Below are positions 24,863-27,908 of a stretch of DNA of 27,908 bases, piece by piece. The stretch lies in assembly GCA_964408735.1 (NCBI GenBank), contig CAYPAX010000063.1:1-27908 (forward strand). Direction: 5' to 3'. Source of the stretch: an uncultured Rhodospirillaceae bacterium (lineage in GTDB: Bacteria; Pseudomonadota; Alphaproteobacteria; UBA7887). Position numbers and translations under genes: made by a program. How positions within the stretch are numbered: the stretch's first letter is position 1; each line of letters begins with the position of its first letter. The notes under the pieces are model-generated. The model had not been told where the DNA came from, searched no databases, and saw only the letters and a list, made by a program, of their open reading frames with translations.

Positions 24863-26943
24863 TGTGGCTGCATCCTGATGACGAGGTTGCCGTGGGTGTC
24901 GGTCTCGGCGGCGAGCCCCGGCGGCACCACGGTATTGGTATCGGCCTGCTCGATGATAGCCGGCCCCGCCACTTTATCGCCGGCGCTAAGCTGCGACCGG
25001 TCATAGATCGGCGTATCGATGCTGCGCGCCTTGCCGCCCTCGTCGAAGATCACCTGGCGGCTGGCCTCGGCACTCGGCTGACCACCGCCCTCTGGCAACC
25101 GGGCGGCAGCAAGCTCCGGCATCATACCGGTGCCGACCACGCGGATATTCACCAATTCCACCGGCTTCTCGTCAAAACGACGGCCATATTCGCGCTCATG
25201 CGCGGCATGGAAAGCGGCGGTCAGGCGGCCGACGAAGCCACTGTCCGTGCTGCCGTCGTCGAGATCGACTCGCAGCTCGTAGCCCTGGCCCTGGTAGCGG
25301 CACTCGGCGATACGCTCGAAACGGCGCTGATCGGCGGCGATGCCGTCCTTGTCGAGGCGTTCCGTGGCGAGATTCTCCAGCTCGCCGAACGCTTCCCCGA
25401 TCCGGGCGACGTCGGCCTGGCCGAGCAGCTGCAGGGTGGTGCGGCTGAAGTCGTAGGAGACGTCGGTGGCGAGCAGGCCCTCGGCCGAGGTCAGGCCGGG
25501 GCTCGGCGGGATTACCACGGCGGGAATGGCAAGCTCCGCCGCCACCGTGCAGGCGTGCAGCGGGCCGGCGCCGCCGAAGGCGACCAGGGCGAATTCGCGC
25601 GGATCGTAGCCCTTGCGCACGCTGTTGAGCTCGATCGACTGGATCATGCCGTGGTCGAGGATCTTCAGGGCTCCCAGCGCGGCCTCCTCGAAGCTCATGT
25701 CCAGCGCCGGGCAGAGATGGGTCTCGATGGCGCGGCGCGCCAGGTCTGTGCGCAGTGCCATGCGCCCGCCCAGGAAATTGTCCGGATTGAGCCGGCCGAG
25801 CACGGCCTGGCAATCGGTCGCCGTCGGCTGCTCGCCGCCGCGGTCGTAGCAGCACGGACCGGGGATGGCGCCGGCACTGCGCGGGCCCACGCGGAAGACG
25901 CCGCCGCGATCGACATAAGCCAGCGAGCCGCCGCCGGCGCCGATGGTGTCGATATCGGCCATCGGCACCATCGCCTGATAGGCGCCGATGCGCGTGTCCA
26001 GGAGATGCTTCATGGTCATCGAGCCGCCGGGGGCGACGCCGATATCGGCCGAGGTGCCGCCGACATCGAGGGTGATGGCGTTGTCGAAGCCGGCGAGGTT
26101 GGCCGCGCGGATGCCGCCGATCAGCCCGGCGACCGGGCCTGACATGAGCAGCGTCACCGGGCGTTCGCTGGCGCCCTCGGTGGTCGCGGCACCGCCATTG
26201 GCCTGCATCAGATGCAGCTCGGCGCCGAAATCCTTCTCCGCCATCGCCGTGTCGAGATTGCGCACGTAGGAGGACGTGCGCGGTCCCACATAGGCGTTGA
26301 GGCAGGTCGTGCTGAAGCGCTCGTATTCGCGATATTGCGGGATCACTTCGTGGCTGACGGAGAGGTAGACCTCGGGCCATTCCTCGCGCACGATCGCCGC
26401 CGCGCGCTTTTCGTGCGCCGGATTGAGGAAGGAGAACAGGAAGCAGATTGCCACCGCCTCGACATCGGCTTCCTTGAGCCTGGCCACCGCAGCGCGCACC
26501 GCGTCCTCGTCGAGCGGGGTCAGCACCTCACCGTCCGGTGCTGCGATGCGCTCGGGCACGGGAAGGCGATAGCGCCGCCGCACCAGGGGGTGGCTCTGCC
26601 AGGGCAGGTCCTGCTGGATGCTGAAATTGTAGGGCCGCTTGTGCCGCGCGATATGCAGGATATCGCGATAGCCCTCCGTGGTGATCAGGCCGGTGCGCGC
26701 GCCGTCATGCTCGAGCGCGATATTGGTGGCGATGGTGGTGCCGTGGAAGAACTGCCCGACATCCCGCGGCGCCACCCCGGCCTTCTCGCAGACCTCCAGC
26801 GCGCCCTCGATGACGCCCTGAGAGGGGTCGTCGGGCGTCGTCGGCAGCTTGTTGAGCGTCGCCGCGCCACTGGCATCGTCGACCAGCACCAGGTCCGTAA
26901 AGGTCCCCCCGACATCGACACCCAATCGGATCACACGTGACAC
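24859..26943 (-). CDS. hyuA: Hydantoinase A / oxoprolinase-family subunit A (second copy)
   Basis: The N-terminus reads (V)SRVIRLGVDVGGTFTDLVLVDD. It shows full-length similarity to the first hyuA at the protein level only. GTG start at 26943, or the GTG 3 codons downstream (26934); GAGGGGA lies just upstream. Confidence 0.9.
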   Translation of the reverse strand: MSRVIRLGVDVGGTFTDLVLVDDASGAATLNKLPTTPDDPSQGVIEGALEVCEKAGVAPRDVGQFFHGTTIATNIALEHDGARTGLITTEGYRDILHIARHKRPYNFSIQQDLPWQSHPLVRRRYRLPVPERIAAPDGEVLTPLDEDAVRAAVARLKEADVEAVAICFLFSFLNPAHEKRAAAIVREEWPEVYLSVSHEVIPQYREYERFSTTCLNAYVGPRTSSYVRNLDTAMAEKDFGAELHLMQANGGAATTEGASERPVTLLMSGPVAGLIGGIRAANLAGFDNAITLDVGGTSADIGVAPGGSMTMKHLLDTRIGAYQAMVPMADIDTIGAGGGSLAYVDRGGVFRVGPRSAGAIPGPCCYDRGGEQPTATDCQAVLGRLNPDNFLGGRMALRTDLARRAIETHLCPALDMSFEEAALGALKILDHGMIQSIELNSVRKGYDPREFALVAFGGAGPLHACTVAAELAIPAVVIPPSPGLTSAEGLLATDVSYDFSRTTLQLLGQADVARIGEAFGELENLATERLDKDGIAADQRRFERIAECRYQGQGYELRVDLDDGSTDSGFVGRLTAAFHAAHEREYGRRFDEKPVELVNIRVVGTGMMPELAAARLPEGGGQPSAEASRQVIFDEGGKARSIDTPIYDRSQLSAGDKVAGPAIIEQADTNTVVPPGLAAETDTHGNLVIRMQPQ

Positions 26944-27103
26944 TCCCCTCGCTCAGCGACACCATGCTAGCAGCATAGGCGAGGGAGAGGCGAGAGATGT
27001 CGGTTTCTCGATCCAGTGCCGGCAACCCCCTCTTGAGTGACTGAAGACCGGCGTCTAAGTTTCCGGGTACAGCTCCTTGCAGCGGTTTAGGGCAGTCCGA
27101 ACG

Positions 27104-27904
27104 ATGTCGGAAGAGACCAAATACGCTTTGAGTGACAATGTCAGCATCGCCTATCAGGTCGTAGGCGATGGGCCGATCGACTTGGTGCTGGTTCCGGGTT
27201 TCGTTTCCAATATCGAGGTGTTTTGGGAGGAACCCAATTACGCCAGGTTCATCCGCCACCTCGCCGAGTTCTCCCGCGTGATTCTGTTCGACAAGCGCGG
27301 CACCGGTCTATCGGACCGGGTATCGCGCATGCCGATCCTCGAAGTGCGCATGGATGACGTGCGCGCGGTCATGGATGCGGTGGGATCGGATCGTGCCGCT
27401 TTAGTGGGATATTCCGAAGGCGGTCCTTTATGCGCGCTGTTTGCGGCTACCTATCCCGAACGCGTCTCCAATCTGATCATGATCGGCTGTTTCGCTAGCC
27501 TGTCGAAGCGCCCCGATTATCCATTTGGATTTGACGAAGCCCAACAGAAAGCCGCCTATGACTGGATCGAGAACGATTGGGGAAGCGTGGAAGACCTCTC
27601 GTCGAAGGCGCCGAGTGTTGCGAACGACGAGCGTTTCCGGCGCTGGCGATCACGATGCCTGCGCATGAGTGCCAGCCCATCGGCCGCTATGGAGATTCAG
27701 CGCTCGGCTATGGAGATTGATATTCGCCAACTGCTGCCTACGGTCCGTGTGCCGACGCTGATCGTTCACAGCAAGTTCGATGCGTTTGTCGAGTTCGGGC
27801 ATGGCAGTTACCTGGCAGACAATATTCCTGACGCCAAGCTGGCCCCATTGGACTGTAGCAGCCCGTTGACGAAGTCTGCTCTGGACGCGTGTCGCTGTGT
27901 CTGA
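27104..27904 (+). CDS. Alpha/beta-hydrolase-fold protein (N-terminal hydrolase-domain type); the C-terminus looks atypical and may be truncated
   Basis: Blocks LVLVPGFVSNIE, ILFDKRGTGLSD and ALVGYSEGG (a GxSxG nucleophile elbow) are present. The region has lower GC than the rest of the window. Start taken at MSEETKYA. Confidence 0.65.
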   Translation: MSEETKYALSDNVSIAYQVVGDGPIDLVLVPGFVSNIEVFWEEPNYARFIRHLAEFSRVILFDKRGTGLSDRVSRMPILEVRMDDVRAVMDAVGSDRAALVGYSEGGPLCALFAATYPERVSNLIMIGCFASLSKRPDYPFGFDEAQQKAAYDWIENDWGSVEDLSSKAPSVANDERFRRWRSRCLRMSASPSAAMEIQRSAMEIDIRQLLPTVRVPTLIVHSKFDAFVEFGHGSYLADNIPDAKLAPLDCSSPLTKSALDACRCV

Positions 27905-27908
27905 TTCT

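Overview
High-GC (~65-70%) alphaproteobacterial-type accessory region, read from sequence alone. It is dominated by cyclic-amide / hydantoin-type catabolic genes. There are two paralogous hyuA-hyuB (hydantoinase A/B, oxoprolinase-family) pairs in opposite orientations, a D-hydantoinase/dihydropyrimidinase, an amidase-signature amidase, an isochorismatase-family cysteine hydrolase, a PuuE/NodB-type deacetylase, a COG0523 (CobW-like) metallochaperone GTPase, and a PotABCD-like ABC importer with a Tat-signal binding protein. A hicA-hicB toxin-antitoxin pair with palindromic operators is also present. Interspersed are a 930-aa flotillin/SPFH protein with an expanded coiled-coil, two paralogous small membrane proteins, a polytopic membrane protein, an ABM-like small protein and a Sel1-repeat lipoprotein. 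The most unusual signal is a ~90-aa domain present three times. It occurs once as a standalone ORF translationally coupled to the cysteine hydrolase, and twice as an N-terminal extension (joined by a Pro-rich linker) of the two HyuB proteins. Its conserved motif pattern resembles the Rad52/Rad22 single-strand-annealing core; that resemblance is an inference from memory and was not searched. No rRNA, tRNA or CRISPR array was seen. The many long antisense ORFs in the six-frame track are treated as high-GC artefacts.
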